Part shown: positions 47,402-57,278 of the stretch, piece after piece | How positions within the stretch are numbered: the first letter of the stretch is position 1 | Layout of the letters: every line of letters starts with the position of its first letter | Assembly: GCA_963762145.1 (NCBI GenBank) | Contig: CAVXJS010000014.1 | Span: 416,001-480,000 of the forward strand | Length of the DNA stretch: 64,000 nucleotides | Source of the DNA: an uncultured Candidatus Rokubacteria bacterium | Lineage (GTDB): Bacteria > Methylomirabilota > Methylomirabilia > Rokubacteriales > CSP1-6 | Direction: 5' to 3' | Position numbers and translations under genes: made by a program | Notes under the pieces: generated by a model | Database searches by the model: none | What the model was told of the DNA's origin: nothing | What the model saw: only the letters and a program-made list of their open reading frames with translations

Positions 47402-47973
47402 CCCCGGTCGCGCGCGGAACGGTCGCGGCGGTGCTGGCCGTCGCCCTTGTGAGCGGCTGCGCCACCGTGCCGCAGGGTCCGAGTGTCATGGTGCTGCCCG
47501 GCAGCACGAAGAGCTTCGAGCAGTTCCAGGTCGATGACGCCGCCTGCCGCCAGTGGGCCTCGCACCAGATCGGCACCACGGCGGACAGGACCGCGACGGA
47601 CAGTACGGTCGGGGGCGCAGTGATCGGTACCCTGGTCGGCGCCGCCGCCGGCGCGGCCCTCGGGGCTGCGGCGGGCAATGCCGGCGTAGGCGCGGCGGCC
47701 GGCGCGGGCGTCGGCCTGCTCGGCGGTACCGCAGTCGGGGCGAGCCGCGGAGACGCCTACGGCGGCTCGGTGCAGCGCCGGTACGACATGAGCTACACGC
47801 AGTGCATGTACGCCAAGGGCAACCAGGTGCCGGGCGCGCGCGGCTCGCGGGTGCAGCAGCAACCGGCGTACTCTCCGGCTCCGCCGCCCCCACCTCCGCC
47901 GCCACCGGCGAACTCCGTATCGCCCACGATCCCGCCGCCACCGCCGGGACCGCCGCCGCCCCCCACCCGCTAG
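47398..47973 (+). CDS. Glycine-zipper lipoprotein
   Basis: VSGC lipobox, GxxxG zipper, YTQCMYAKGNQVP and a poly-Pro tail. Confidence 0.88.
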   Translation: MTPVARGTVAAVLAVALVSGCATVPQGPSVMVLPGSTKSFEQFQVDDAACRQWASHQIGTTADRTATDSTVGGAVIGTLVGAAAGAALGAAAGNAGVGAAAGAGVGLLGGTAVGASRGDAYGGSVQRRYDMSYTQCMYAKGNQVPGARGSRVQQQPAYSPAPPPPPPPPPANSVSPTIPPPPPGPPPPPTR

Positions 47974-48034
47974 TTACGCCCGCGCGTCGCGCGAGCGCGA
48001 ACCCGCTCTCGCGTCGACGCGCGGCCGTTCCTCG

Positions 48035-48424
48035 CTACGGACGGCGGGGAGGCGGTGGGGGAGGCGGCACCGTCGCGCTGCCGGCGGGCACCCACACCCA
48101 GTAGTAAGGCGACGACGACGTGCCGTCACCGTAGAGCTGATACCGGCCGTCGGTCGCCGCGGTCGCCACGCGCGTCGGCGGAAGCGCGGGCGGTGCGGGT
48201 GGATTCGTGCCGGCCGGGATCCACACCCAGTAATACGGCGCCGAAGTCGTGCCGTCGCCGTAGAGCTGATACTTGCCGTTGGAGTACTCGACCGTCCGCG
48301 GCCCAGGCGCGCCGAGGACCGCGCCGGTGGTCGGGGGATAGGCCGGGTCCTGTATGGCGCAGCCGGAGAGAACGCCGACCGCGAGGGTTGCGGGAACGAG
48401 AATTCGTGTGATCGCCCGATGCAT
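48035..48424 (-). CDS. Lipoprotein with two 23-aa YQLYGDG..PYYWVW.PAG repeats
   Basis: GGGAGG RBS; LSGC lipobox; repeats at 48209-48277 and 48080-48148. Confidence 0.85.
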   Translation of the reverse strand: MHRAITRILVPATLAVGVLSGCAIQDPAYPPTTGAVLGAPGPRTVEYSNGKYQLYGDGTTSAPYYWVWIPAGTNPPAPPALPPTRVATAATDGRYQLYGDGTSSSPYYWVWVPAGSATVPPPPPPPRRP

Positions 48425-48451
48425 GATGGATCCTCCCTGCCCGACCGACGG

Positions 48452-48467
48452 AGCATTCCGTGTGCCA
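48452..48467 (-). promoter_or_regulatory. Putative sigma54 promoter
   Basis: Minus strand TGGCAC-ACGGA-ATGCT, 27 nt upstream of ATG 48424. Confidence 0.6.
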
Positions 48468-48598
48468 TGCGAATCCGCCACGAAATCACACGCTTTTCGC
48501 GGGCGACGCGCGCCGGCGCCCGGGAGAATCTACCGGGCAAGCCTTACCGGATTCTGTCACTGGCGACCGCCCGTGGAATCGGCTAGCATCCCTCTGCC

Positions 48599-49939
48599 AT
48601 GACCCGGGACGAGCTGAAACGGAAGGTGTTCGCGGCGATCGATCGGCGCGCCGAGGAGATCGTCGGCCTCGGCGAGCGCATCCGCAAGCAGCCGGAGATG
48701 GGATTCAAGGAAGTGAAGACGGCGGCGCTCGTCGAGGCGGCCCTCGGCCGTCTCGGCATGTCGCCCCGGACCGGTCTCGCGATGACCGGCGTGCGCGGGG
48801 ACGCCCAGGGTCGCGCGGGCGACGGGCCGACCTTCGCCCTGATCGGCGAGCTTGACGGCCTGCGGGTGACCGGGCATCCGGAGGCCGATCCGCAAACCGG
48901 CGCGGCCCACGCGTGCGGCCACAACGCGCAGGTCGCGGGGATGCTCGGCGCTGCGATGGGCCTCGTGGACGCGGGCGCCTTCGATCACCTCGCGGGCCGC
49001 CTGGTCTTCTTCGCGGTGCCCGCCGAGGAGGGCGGCGACATCGAGTGGCGCCAGGCGCAGATCCGGGCCGGCCGGCTCGAGTTTCCCTGCGGCAAGCAGG
49101 AGCTGATGCGCCTCGGGCACTTCGACGACGTGGACCTGGCCATGATGATCCACACCAACTGGCGCGCGGAGGACGGCAAGGCGGGCGTGCCCGCGTCCAA
49201 CAACGGCCGCGTCGGCAAGACCGCGCGCTTCGTGGGCCGCGCGGCCCACGCCGGCGGCGCGCCTCACATGGGGGTCAACGCGCTCTACGCGGCGCAGGTC
49301 GCGCTGGCCGGCATCAACGCGGTCCGCGAGACGTTCCGCGACGAGGACTCGATCCGGGTGCATCCGATCCTCACCCACGGCGGCTCGCAGGTGAACGTGA
49401 TCCCGGGCGAGGCGCGGCTCGAGATGTACGTGCGCGGCAAGACCGCCGAAGGAGTGAGCGACGCCAGTCGCAAGGTCGATCGCGCGCTCCGGGCGGGCGC
49501 CCTCGCCCTGGGCGCGCGGGTGGAGATCGACACCCTGCCCGGACCGATGCCGCTTCTCTGCGACCGCGCGATGGCCCGGCTCTTCGAGGAGACCGCTCGC
49601 GGCCTGGTGGGCCCCGAGCACTACCGCGACATCCCGCATCGCTCCGGCTCGACGGACATGGGCGACCTGAGCCAGGTGATGCCGGTGCTGCATCCCTACA
49701 TGGGTGGCGCCCGGGGACCCGGCCACTCGGCCGACTTCGCGATCGTGGATCCGGAGCTGGGCTACGTGCAGCCGGCCAAGGCGCTCGCCGCGATGGCGGT
49801 GGACCTGCTCGCCGCCGGCGCCGCGGGCGCGCGCGAGGTGCTCGCGGGGCCGCGGCCCCCCATGACCCGCCAGGGCTACCTGGCCTTCCAGCGCGGTATC
49901 GCCCGCCGCGAGCTCTACGACGGAGGAGACCCGACATGA
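48599..49939 (+). CDS. M20D amidohydrolase
   Basis: PEMGFKE, ELD, HACGH, PAEE, GSTDMG and GHS motifs. Confidence 0.92.
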   Translation: MTRDELKRKVFAAIDRRAEEIVGLGERIRKQPEMGFKEVKTAALVEAALGRLGMSPRTGLAMTGVRGDAQGRAGDGPTFALIGELDGLRVTGHPEADPQTGAAHACGHNAQVAGMLGAAMGLVDAGAFDHLAGRLVFFAVPAEEGGDIEWRQAQIRAGRLEFPCGKQELMRLGHFDDVDLAMMIHTNWRAEDGKAGVPASNNGRVGKTARFVGRAAHAGGAPHMGVNALYAAQVALAGINAVRETFRDEDSIRVHPILTHGGSQVNVIPGEARLEMYVRGKTAEGVSDASRKVDRALRAGALALGARVEIDTLPGPMPLLCDRAMARLFEETARGLVGPEHYRDIPHRSGSTDMGDLSQVMPVLHPYMGGARGPGHSADFAIVDPELGYVQPAKALAAMAVDLLAAGAAGAREVLAGPRPPMTRQGYLAFQRGIARRELYDGGDPT

Positions 49940-50364
49940 GCCTGTTCAAGATCCTGAGCCACGTGAGCATCACCGTCACCGACGTCACCAAGGCGCGCGA
50001 GTTCTACACCGGCGTGCTGGGATTCCCGGAGATCCCGCGCCCCGCCTTCGACTTCCCGGGCATCTGGTACAGCCTGGGCGGGGACCTGCAGCTCCACATC
50101 ATCCTGAACGACCAGCTCGTGCGCCCCGCGACGGAGCGGGAGAAGATCGTGGCGCGGTATCCGCACTTCGCGCTCTGGACCGAGGACGTGGACGGGACCG
50201 CGCGGCGCATCGAGGAGCTGGGGCTGGTCTGCCGCGACGTGATCTCGGGGCCCACCGGCCTGCGTCAGCTCTTCGTCAAGGACCCGGACGGCAACATGAT
50301 CGAGTTCCTCGGGCCCAGCGCTTCCGCGGCGGCCCGGCGCATGGAGACGCCCGCGGCCCGATGA
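49936..50364 (+). CDS. VOC/glyoxalase family protein
   Basis: HVSI, FYTGVLG, QLH, HFA and DPDGNMIE motifs. Confidence 0.9.
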   Translation: MSLFKILSHVSITVTDVTKAREFYTGVLGFPEIPRPAFDFPGIWYSLGGDLQLHIILNDQLVRPATEREKIVARYPHFALWTEDVDGTARRIEELGLVCRDVISGPTGLRQLFVKDPDGNMIEFLGPSASAAARRMETPAAR

Positions 50365-51278
50365 AGATCGGCGTCAACCTCATCACGTTCGGTCCGGGCG
50401 CAAGCGAGGACGCGCTCGCGCGCTGGGCCGGCTTCGCCGAGAGCACCGGCTACCACTTCATGATGCTCGGCGACCACGTCACGATCACCTCCGACGTGCA
50501 GGGCCGGTACCCGGCGCCGTTCTACGACCCGTTCACGACCCTCGCCTGGCTCGCCGGGCTGACCCGTCGGGTGGAGCTGGGCTTCACCGTGATCGTCGTG
50601 CCGTACCGCCACCCGCTCGAGACCTCTCGCATGGTGGCCACGCTGGACCGGATCAGCGGCGGGCGGCTCATCTTCGGGGTCGGGGTGGGCTGGGCGCGGC
50701 AGGAGTTCGAGGTGCTCGGGCTGCCGTTCGAGAAGCGCGGCGCCATGACCGACGACTACCTCGCCGCGCTCAAGGCCACGTGGACCCAGGACGTGGCCAG
50801 CTACCAGGGGCGCTTCGTGTCCTTCAAGGACGTCTACACCGCGCCGCGCCCGCTGCAGCGGCCACACCCGCCGATCTGGGTGGGCGGCTCGAGCGAGGCG
50901 GCGCTCCGGCGCACCGTGCGCCACGGCGACGCGTGGCATCCGATCCGCAGCCGCATCACGTTCCTGCGCGACGAGGGCATGCCGAAGCTCCGCGCCATCG
51001 CCGAGAAGGAAGGCCGGCCCGTGCCCGCGCTCTGCCCGCGCATCCGCCTGCGCCTGACCGATTCCCCGATGCCGGAGGAGACGCGGCTGGCCGGGGAGGG
51101 GACCATCGACCAGGTGCGGCGCGACTTCGAGGCCCTCGCCAAGCTCGAGGTGCCGTACCTCTGCCTCGACACGTTCGCGGACGACGTCGAGGGCTCGCGC
51201 AATCACGAGCAGGCGTGGCGCATGCTGACCACGCTCGCGGAGCGAGCCTTCGACCTGGGGCGCCAGAGCCTGCGCTAG
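50361..51278 (+). CDS. LLM class (probably F420-dependent) oxidoreductase
   Basis: GDHV, DPF, PYRHP, GVGW and PPIWVGG motifs. Confidence 0.9.
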   Translation: MKIGVNLITFGPGASEDALARWAGFAESTGYHFMMLGDHVTITSDVQGRYPAPFYDPFTTLAWLAGLTRRVELGFTVIVVPYRHPLETSRMVATLDRISGGRLIFGVGVGWARQEFEVLGLPFEKRGAMTDDYLAALKATWTQDVASYQGRFVSFKDVYTAPRPLQRPHPPIWVGGSSEAALRRTVRHGDAWHPIRSRITFLRDEGMPKLRAIAEKEGRPVPALCPRIRLRLTDSPMPEETRLAGEGTIDQVRRDFEALAKLEVPYLCLDTFADDVEGSRNHEQAWRMLTTLAERAFDLGRQSLR

Positions 51279-51303
51279 CACCCGGCCCGCCACTAGCCTC
51301 CGA

Positions 51304-51888
51304 ATGGACGCGATCGACCTCTGGCTGCTGCGCTACGAGTCGGTCCACAGCTTCGTGGCCGACGACCTGGTCGCGGATCTGACCGAGGCGCAGGTGCGCG
51401 GGCGGCCCGTGCCCGGGGTCAACCCGGTGGCGTGGCTCATCTGGCACGCGATGCGGATCGAGGACGTGTGCGTGAACCGCTTCATCCTCGACCGGCCGCA
51501 GGTGCTCGACGCCGGCTGGCTCGAGCGGCTCCGCGTCGGACGGCGCGACGTCGGGACGGGCATGGACGACACGCAGGTGGCCGCGCTCTGCGAGCGCGTG
51601 GACATCGGCGAGCTCCGCGGCTACTGCCGCGCGGTGACGCGGGCCACGCTGGACGCGGTGCCGGCTCTGCGGGGCATGGAGCTCGAGGCGACGATCGCGG
51701 CCGACCGGGTCGAGCACGTGTCCACCGTCGAGGGCGCGGTCGATCCCGGCGCCTCCTGGCTCACCGAGTTCTGGGCCGGCGGGCGGAGCCGGGGCTGGAT
51801 CCTGTTCCAGACGTCCCTGCTCCACGTCTACGGCCACTACTTCGAGGGCCTCGCGACCAAGGGCCTCTGGGGCGCCCGCTCGCGCTAG
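51304..51888 (+). CDS. DinB family protein
   Basis: NPVAWLIWH..R.ED and C-terminal HxxxH. Confidence 0.85.
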   Translation: MDAIDLWLLRYESVHSFVADDLVADLTEAQVRGRPVPGVNPVAWLIWHAMRIEDVCVNRFILDRPQVLDAGWLERLRVGRRDVGTGMDDTQVAALCERVDIGELRGYCRAVTRATLDAVPALRGMELEATIAADRVEHVSTVEGAVDPGASWLTEFWAGGRSRGWILFQTSLLHVYGHYFEGLATKGLWGARSR

Positions 51889-52892
51889 AGGCGCGCCATC
51901 ACCTGGTCGGCGAAGAGGCGCAGCACCTGCTCGCGCTCCACGAAGTCCTGGCCGGGGACCTGCGGGAGCAGGATGACCCGGCCCACGCCGCCGACCTGCG
52001 CGATGCGCTGCACCTGCCCGCGGACGTCGTCGGGCGTCCCCGCGAGGGCCATCAGGTCGACGAAGCGGTCGGTGACGAGCAGGCGATGCTTCGACGCGGC
52101 GGTGGCGTGCTGGTAGGAATCGTACGCGGCGCGGACCTGCTCGATGACCGCCTGGTCCTCGGGGCTCCAGGTCACCGGGAACGCGTGACGGAGGGCGGAG
52201 GCGACGCGGCCGCGCACGTGGTCGCGGGCCAGCGCGCGATCGTGCGAGATCGAGGTGGGCGCCCAGATCGCGACGTCGATCGAGCCGGCGGCGCGGCCGC
52301 TCGCCTGCACGCCGCCGGCCACGCGGGCGAGCGCGGCCTCGACCAGCCACGGCGCCACGCCCGAGTACATGATCGCGCCGTCGCCGAGGCGCCCGGCCGC
52401 GTCCAGCATGCGCGGGCCGGAGCCGGCCAGGTAGAGCGGGACGTCGAGCGGGCGGGGCAGCCAGGCCAGGCGCGCGTCGGTGCCGGTGTCGAGCCGGATC
52501 GACTCGCCGCGCAGGAGGCGCTTGAGCGCGTGCGCCATGGACTCGAGCGTGGCGACGCGGGCGGTCCGGGCCACCGACAGCCCCATGGTCTCCGACGCGC
52601 TGCCGCCGGTGCCGATGCCGAGGACCAGGCGCCCGGGCGCCAGCTCGTGGAGGGACGCGATGGCGCTCGCGGTCACCGAGATGTGGCGCGTGTGCGGTAC
52701 GGTGATCCCGGGGCCCAGCCGGATCCGCGAGGTCGCGGCCGCGCACGCGGTCAGCACGACCCACAGCTCACGGCAGACCAGGTGGGTGTCGGCGATCCAG
52801 GCGGTGTCGAAGCCGAGCGTCTCGGCCAGCCGCACCTGCTTGACGATCACGGGCAGCGGCTGGCTGGCGAGGATGCCGATGTCGAACTTCAT
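51885..52892 (-). CDS. LLM class flavin-dependent oxidoreductase (Mer-like)
   Basis: AETLGFDTAWIAD, TRH, LGIGTG and AGSGPRML motifs. Confidence 0.9.
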   Translation of the reverse strand: MKFDIGILASQPLPVIVKQVRLAETLGFDTAWIADTHLVCRELWVVLTACAAATSRIRLGPGITVPHTRHISVTASAIASLHELAPGRLVLGIGTGGSASETMGLSVARTARVATLESMAHALKRLLRGESIRLDTGTDARLAWLPRPLDVPLYLAGSGPRMLDAAGRLGDGAIMYSGVAPWLVEAALARVAGGVQASGRAAGSIDVAIWAPTSISHDRALARDHVRGRVASALRHAFPVTWSPEDQAVIEQVRAAYDSYQHATAASKHRLLVTDRFVDLMALAGTPDDVRGQVQRIAQVGGVGRVILLPQVPGQDFVEREQVLRLFADQVMARL

Positions 52893-52950
52893 GGACGCGG
52901 CTGAGAATCGGGCCAAAGGCCCGGCGCGTCAAGGGGTAAGCTAGGGACCC

Positions 52951-54240
52951 ATGACCCTCGAGACCGGCAATGGACAGGGCTTCGACGTGGCGGTGATCGG
53001 CGGCGGGCCGAGCGGATCGAGCACCGCCACCGCGCTCGCGCGGCGCGGCCGTCGCGTGCTCCTGCTGGAGCGCGACCACTTTCCGCGCTTCCACATCGGC
53101 GAGTCGCAGCTTCCGTGGATCAACGGGGTGCTGGAGGAGCTGGGCGCCCACGACACGATCGCCAAGGCCGGCTTCGTCGAGAAGTGGGGCGCGAGCTTCT
53201 GGGAGATCGACGGCACGCCGGCGTCCTATGTGGACTTCACCGCCGCGGTGGAGACGCCGAGCCCGCAGACCTTCCAGGTCCCGCGGGCCCGCTGGGACGA
53301 GCTGCTGCTTCGCCACGCCGAGCGCTCGGGCGTCATCGTGCGCGAAGGGCACCGGGCGGTGGACGCGGCCTTCGAGCCCGACGGCGTGACCCTGCGCTAC
53401 GCCGGGCCCGACGGAGTGGAGCAGACCACGCGGGTGGCGGCGGTGGTGGATGCCTCCGGCCGCGCCGGCTTCCTGGCCCGCAAGCTCGGCCGCCACGAGC
53501 ACGACCCGATGCTGCAGCAGGTGGCGGTGCACGCCCAGTACGAGGGCGTCCCGCGGGCCGAGGGCCGCGCGGCGGGCGACATCCGCGTGCTCACGCGGCC
53601 CGACGTGGGGTGGATCTGGCTGATCCCGATCTCGGAGACGCTGACGAGCGTGGGGGCGGTGGTGCCGAAGGAGTTGCATCGCCGGGAGGCCAGGGCCACC
53701 GCGGAGGAGAGCCTCGAGCACTATCTGGACACCACGCCGGCGTGTCCGTCGGTGATGAAGGAGGCGCGGCGGGTGTCGCCGGCCCGTTTCGACGCCGACT
53801 ACTCGTACCTGGCCACGAAGATGGCCGGCGATCGCTGGGTCTCGGTGGGCGACTCGGGCTCCTTCCTCGACCCGATCTTCTCCACCGGCGTGCTCCTGGC
53901 CATGCAGGGTGGACTCGAGGCGGCGGCGGCGATCGACGCGGGGCTCCGGGCCGGCGATCTCTCGGCCCGCCGGTTCGCGCGCTACGAGCGCATCGTGCGC
54001 AAGCGCTACCGGTATTTCCACCGCTTCGTGGTGGGCTTCTACGATCCGTATTTCCGGCGGCTGCTCTTCCGGCGCTCGCGCAAGCTCGGGATCTACGAGG
54101 CCGTGCTCTCCGCGCTGGCCGGGAACTGGCGCCCGACACTCGGCACCCGGCTGCGCATCCAGCTCTTCTTCGCCATCGTCGCCATCAAGCGACTGTTCCG
54201 CGTCGCGCCGCCCGAAGACGCCGGGGTGTGGCGCCAGTAG
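52951..54240 (+). CDS. Flavin-dependent halogenase-like FAD oxidoreductase
   Basis: GGGPSG, FPRFHIGES, DASGR, GWIWLIP (WxWxIP) and GD..SFLDPIFSTG motifs. Confidence 0.85.
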   Translation: MTLETGNGQGFDVAVIGGGPSGSSTATALARRGRRVLLLERDHFPRFHIGESQLPWINGVLEELGAHDTIAKAGFVEKWGASFWEIDGTPASYVDFTAAVETPSPQTFQVPRARWDELLLRHAERSGVIVREGHRAVDAAFEPDGVTLRYAGPDGVEQTTRVAAVVDASGRAGFLARKLGRHEHDPMLQQVAVHAQYEGVPRAEGRAAGDIRVLTRPDVGWIWLIPISETLTSVGAVVPKELHRREARATAEESLEHYLDTTPACPSVMKEARRVSPARFDADYSYLATKMAGDRWVSVGDSGSFLDPIFSTGVLLAMQGGLEAAAAIDAGLRAGDLSARRFARYERIVRKRYRYFHRFVVGFYDPYFRRLLFRRSRKLGIYEAVLSALAGNWRPTLGTRLRIQLFFAIVAIKRLFRVAPPEDAGVWRQ

Positions 54241-54246
54241 CGGTCG

Positions 54247-54852
54247 CTAGACCCCGGAGCCGAAGCCGCCCGCGGTGCGCACCGTCTGGGCCTCGCCCAT
54301 GTGCATGGCGGCGTGGGTGACGAGCAGGGCGCCGAGGATGCCGAGGCGCGGCCGGCCGGTGAACGCCTTCGCGACCATCTCGCCCTTGGGGCCGAAGCAG
54401 CCGAGCGAGGCCGCCTTCTCGAGCGCGCTCGTCTGCAGCTCGCCCTGCCAGTCGGACGGCCCGAAGCCGCGGATGACGTCCTGGGTGCGGCGGCCCACCG
54501 CGTCTCGGTAGTCGCGCAGGGCCGCGACGTCGATCTGGGCGGTGAGCTCGGCAACCTCCGGCTTGGTCATCCCGATGCCGAAGTCGGGCCGCGAGATCTT
54601 GAGGCGCCCGAACCATCCGTCGTCCACGACCTGGTCGCGTCCGCTCAGGATCACGTTGGCGAAGACGTCCTCGGCGCGGGCGATGTGCCACATCAGCCAC
54701 GCCAGCGAGTTCAGGTCCTCGCGCGGACGCACCCGCATCTGCTCGTCGGAGAGGCCGGCGAAGGTCCGCTCGGCCAGGGTGCCCTTCTCGCCGGTGACGC
54801 TGGTGGCGTGCATGCGGCGGTGCTCGTCGAGGAGAAGATCGCGCGCGTCCAT
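54247..54852 (-). CDS. DinB family protein (paralog of 51304-51888)
   Basis: NSLAWLMWH..R.ED and HAAMH; GGAGG RBS. Confidence 0.85.
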   Translation of the reverse strand: MDARDLLLDEHRRMHATSVTGEKGTLAERTFAGLSDEQMRVRPREDLNSLAWLMWHIARAEDVFANVILSGRDQVVDDGWFGRLKISRPDFGIGMTKPEVAELTAQIDVAALRDYRDAVGRRTQDVIRGFGPSDWQGELQTSALEKAASLGCFGPKGEMVAKAFTGRPRLGILGALLVTHAAMHMGEAQTVRTAGGFGSGV

Positions 54853-54887
54853 GAGGCCTCCGCGGGGAGAGTGAGTCGCCGCCGGGT

Positions 54888-55778
54888 TCAGGTCCGAGGA
54901 GTGGGGGCCGGCTCGTCGGCGACCGAGAAGTACCGGCGTCCGGTGTCCGACTGGTTCTCGTAGATCGAGCCCTGGCGCCGGGCGGGCGGCAGGGGCAGAC
55001 GCACCGGGGCCGGCACCAGCCGGGGCTCGATGGTCGGCTCGCCGGTGATCAGGCGGCTGTCGAACTCGGCGAGATCTGCGACGCCCATGATCGGCCAGGC
55101 GTCGGCGGCGCCGTATTCGTAGAGCAGGAGGGTGCGGGGCAGGCTCGAGACGTTCTGGGCCGAGCCGTGCACGAGCCGCACGTGATGGAAGCTCATCGAG
55201 CCCGCGCGTCCGGTGAGCGGCACCGCGCGCGCGATCTCGTCGCGGATCGCGGCGGGGTCGATGGCGCCGCAGAAGTAGCCGTCCGCGTGATGATCGAACG
55301 TGGGCCCGCGGTGGCTGCCCGGCACCACGAGAAGCGGACCGTTGTCGCTGGTGGCGTCGTCGAGCATCACGCCCACCGCGAGCAGGTCGTCGTTGGTGTG
55401 CGGGTAGAACGCCCAGTCCTGGTGCCACTCCACCGGCGAGCCGTAGCGCGGCGACTTGAGATTGATCTTGGAGCCGTGCAGCCGGACGTCCCGGCCGAGC
55501 AGGCTCTGCAGGACCGCCACCAGGCGCGGATGCCGCATCAGGTCGTGGAAGACCGGGTAGAAGCGATGCGGCTGCTTGATGCGCCGCACGCGCGGATCGT
55601 CGGCGCGATGACCCGGCTCCAGATCGTAGTGCTCGGTGTGGGTGGTCACCGCGCGCGCCCCGTCGAGGACGCGGGCCAGCTCGGCGCGAACCGCGGCCAG
55701 CGTGGCGGCGTCGAGCACGTCGGGAACCACCAGATACCCCTGATCCTGGTAGAACTTCACGTCGGCGGGCGAGAGCAT
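54888..55778 (-). CDS. Phytanoyl-CoA dioxygenase (PhyH) family Fe(II)/2OG enzyme
   Basis: QGYLVV, WHQD, NGPL..VPGSH and HGS..N...R motifs. Confidence 0.9.
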   Translation of the reverse strand: MLSPADVKFYQDQGYLVVPDVLDAATLAAVRAELARVLDGARAVTTHTEHYDLEPGHRADDPRVRRIKQPHRFYPVFHDLMRHPRLVAVLQSLLGRDVRLHGSKINLKSPRYGSPVEWHQDWAFYPHTNDDLLAVGVMLDDATSDNGPLLVVPGSHRGPTFDHHADGYFCGAIDPAAIRDEIARAVPLTGRAGSMSFHHVRLVHGSAQNVSSLPRTLLLYEYGAADAWPIMGVADLAEFDSRLITGEPTIEPRLVPAPVRLPLPPARRQGSIYENQSDTGRRYFSVADEPAPTPRT

Positions 55779-55831
55779 GGGAGCGAATCTCCTTGCTCGA
55801 AAGGTTAGCACGAACCGGCGGCACTCCGCCC

Positions 55832-55860
55832 TTGACAGGGGAACGCGGGTGACCGACATT
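55832..55860 (+). promoter_or_regulatory. Putative sigma70 promoter for the ABC/TauD operon
   Basis: TTGACA-N17-GACATT upstream of ATG 55902. Confidence 0.5.
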
Positions 55861-55901
55861 CGGAGCGCGTCCCGATCAAAGACGATCAAGGGGGAACACA
55901 C

Positions 55902-57263
55902 ATGCCCGATCAGCGCCTCAGCCGCCGCTCACTCCTCGCCGGGGCCGCCGGAGCTTCCGCCCTGCTCACGCTGTCGAAGTCGGCGCGGGCCCAGGGCCCC
56001 GCGGTCAAGAAGGGCACCAGCCTTCGCCTCTGGATCCTCAAGACGTACGTGGAGCCCACCAACAAGGCGATCGAGGCGAGCGCCCAGCGCTGGGCGCAGA
56101 AGCACGGGGCCAGCGTGACGGTGGAGTACTTCACCTTCGAGGACATGCAGACGAAGTACGTGGCCGCGATCGAGAACAAGAGCACCCCGGACGTGGGCCA
56201 GCTCGAGACCGGCGCGCCCGCGCGCTTCAGCGGGATGGGTCAGCTCGTCGACCTCACGTCGTTCGCGCGCCAGATCGAGGGCCAGGTGGGCAAGCCGCCC
56301 GCCAACGTGGCGCCGGTCACCATGGTCGGGGACAAGATCTACGCGCTGCCGTGGTACGTGATGGCCGGGTTCTGGTACGTGTGGCGCGACGTCTTCGAGA
56401 AGGGCAAGGTGAAGCTGCCCAACACCTTCGAGGAGGCCAAGCAGGCCGCCGCCGCGCTCAACCGGCCCAAGGACAACTTCTACGGCATTGGCCAGAGCTG
56501 GAACCGCACCTCGGACGGCTACGGGGTGATGCAGAGCCTGATGTACTCCTACGGCGCGGGCTGGGCGGACAAGGACGGCAAGTACAAGTCCATCAAGACG
56601 GCGCAGATGCAGGCGGCCATGAAGTGGGCCACCGACATCTACAAGGACGGCATCCAGCCGGCCGACACTCTGACGTGGACCGGCTCCGGTAACAACGAGA
56701 ACTTCATCGCCAAGAACATCGCGCAGACCTCCAACGGGCCCAGCATCACCTTCGCCCTGGAGAACGCCCTCGCCAAGGCCACCGACGCCAAGGAGCGGAA
56801 GACGCGCGAGGAAGCGCTCGCCAACCACGTGGCCCTGCCGCACCCCGGCGGGCCCGACGGCCGGCGGATGTGGGCCATCGCGATGAGCTTCGGCATCTTC
56901 AAGAACAGCAAGGACCCCGAGGCGGCGATGAGCCTGATCGCGCACATGCTCGCCCCCGAGGAGACGGTATCGGTCATGAAGGATTCCTACGGGCAGTTCG
57001 CGCCGGTGATGTCCAAGGCGCGCGACGCGTCCAAGGACTACTTCAACAAGAACGACAACTACCGCACGTTCGGCCGGGCCGCGGAGTGGTTCGTGCCCAC
57101 CGGCTTCCCCGGCCCGGTGACCGCGGCCGCCGCGGAGGTGCAGGCGAGCAACGTGCTCACCGACGCCCCCGCCAAGGTCATCGTGGACAAGTGGTCGCTG
57201 GACCAGGCCATCGACTGGGAGGACAAGAAGATCAAGGAAATCTACGACACTCTCCGCGGATGA
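55902..57263 (+). CDS. Carbohydrate-type ABC substrate-binding protein, Tat-exported
   Basis: SRRSLL twin-arginine motif; PDV and YALP; family 1 SBP size. Confidence 0.88.
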   Translation: MPDQRLSRRSLLAGAAGASALLTLSKSARAQGPAVKKGTSLRLWILKTYVEPTNKAIEASAQRWAQKHGASVTVEYFTFEDMQTKYVAAIENKSTPDVGQLETGAPARFSGMGQLVDLTSFARQIEGQVGKPPANVAPVTMVGDKIYALPWYVMAGFWYVWRDVFEKGKVKLPNTFEEAKQAAAALNRPKDNFYGIGQSWNRTSDGYGVMQSLMYSYGAGWADKDGKYKSIKTAQMQAAMKWATDIYKDGIQPADTLTWTGSGNNENFIAKNIAQTSNGPSITFALENALAKATDAKERKTREEALANHVALPHPGGPDGRRMWAIAMSFGIFKNSKDPEAAMSLIAHMLAPEETVSVMKDSYGQFAPVMSKARDASKDYFNKNDNYRTFGRAAEWFVPTGFPGPVTAAAAEVQASNVLTDAPAKVIVDKWSLDQAIDWEDKKIKEIYDTLRG

Positions 57264-57278
57264 TCTGGCGCGGGTGAC

